From Octopus sinensis (lineage: Eukaryota), in assembly GCF_006345805.1 (NCBI RefSeq), contig NC_042997.1, positions 73,594,001 through 73,658,000 of the forward strand: a DNA stretch of 64,000 nt, in the 5' to 3' direction. A program made the position numbers and the translations under genes. Position 1 is the stretch's first letter. The number at the start of each line of letters is the position of its first letter. The notes beneath the pieces were generated by a model, which saw only the letters and a list, made by a program, of their open reading frames with translations, did not search any database and had not been told where the DNA came from. This document shows positions 63,470 through 64,000 of this stretch, one piece after another.

Positions 63470-63850
63470 AAGAACGGGAGATTATCTGAAGAGCATATAA
63501 TTGTCTAAAACTGTTATACCATTAAGCAAAAAGTTTGATTGTCTTAAGGGTTTATAATTATTCTCATCGTTCCTGAGAAAGACTGAAGAAACAACTGCGT
63601 TCTTTCAAACTTTAACTTAGCTATCTTATTTGAAAAGGAGTCAAATCTGTGAAATTCCTGGATTTAACGGTAGATCTTAACTGCAATACTTACTGCCATC
63701 ACTATAAGCTAATCGAGAACAGGTTATTCGATCTTCCAAATTCAATTAGCAAAATTAGCAATAACTTAATTAGGAGTATTGCTATGAGCATTTCTAACCT
63801 TTCCAATCATAACCTGCCCCTCTTCTTAGATCTGTAGCATAATTTATGAT
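63470..63850 (+). mobile_element. Penelope-like RT C-terminal remnant
   Basis: VKFLDLTVDLNCNTYCHHYK…NSISKISNNLIRSI..SISNLS resembles PLE (FLDVTxDL..Y.P..K…SNHP…I..LS). Confidence 0.6.
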
Positions 63851-64000
63851 GCAAGCAGAGTGTATTTTCTGACTACTCATTACGATTGGATTCATATTTC
63901 AACCCATCTCAGAAAGTTTCAAGATATGGGAAATTTGATATTGTTGGTGGTCAAATTTTCTTGCTACAATTCAGATTCTCCGTTTTAATATGTAATTACC

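Overview
This window is AT-rich, microsatellite-dense eukaryotic repetitive DNA. It is most likely from an octopus or other coleoid cephalopod, an inference from the tRNA-derived SINE family and the repeat style. I found no supportable host protein-coding gene, RNA gene or CRISPR array. Main contents: (1) a ~21-kb head-to-tail stack (10.2-31.5 kb, all minus strand) of 7 Tx1/L1-type LINE copies, two roughly full length, almost all bounded by (GATA)n/(CTAT)n, which points to a microsatellite-targeting, self-stacking element; (2) immediately after it, a non-coding ~566-bp tandem repeat with an intact canonical type-I hammerhead ribozyme in each full unit (retrozyme-, satellite- or Penelope-pLTR-like); (3) about ten further intact, variant or decayed hammerhead folds, several beside Penelope-like RT/GIY-YIG remnants; (4) decayed R4/Dong-type RLE retrotransposons bounded by (CATA)n; (5) CR1- and RTE-type LINE remnants, other Tx1 families, tRNA-SINEs, a deleted maT/mariner element and two MITE-like foldbacks. 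All ribozyme folds were paired by eye and are untested. Many frameshifts in the youngest copies sit in homopolymers and may be sequencing error. Most element boundaries are approximate.
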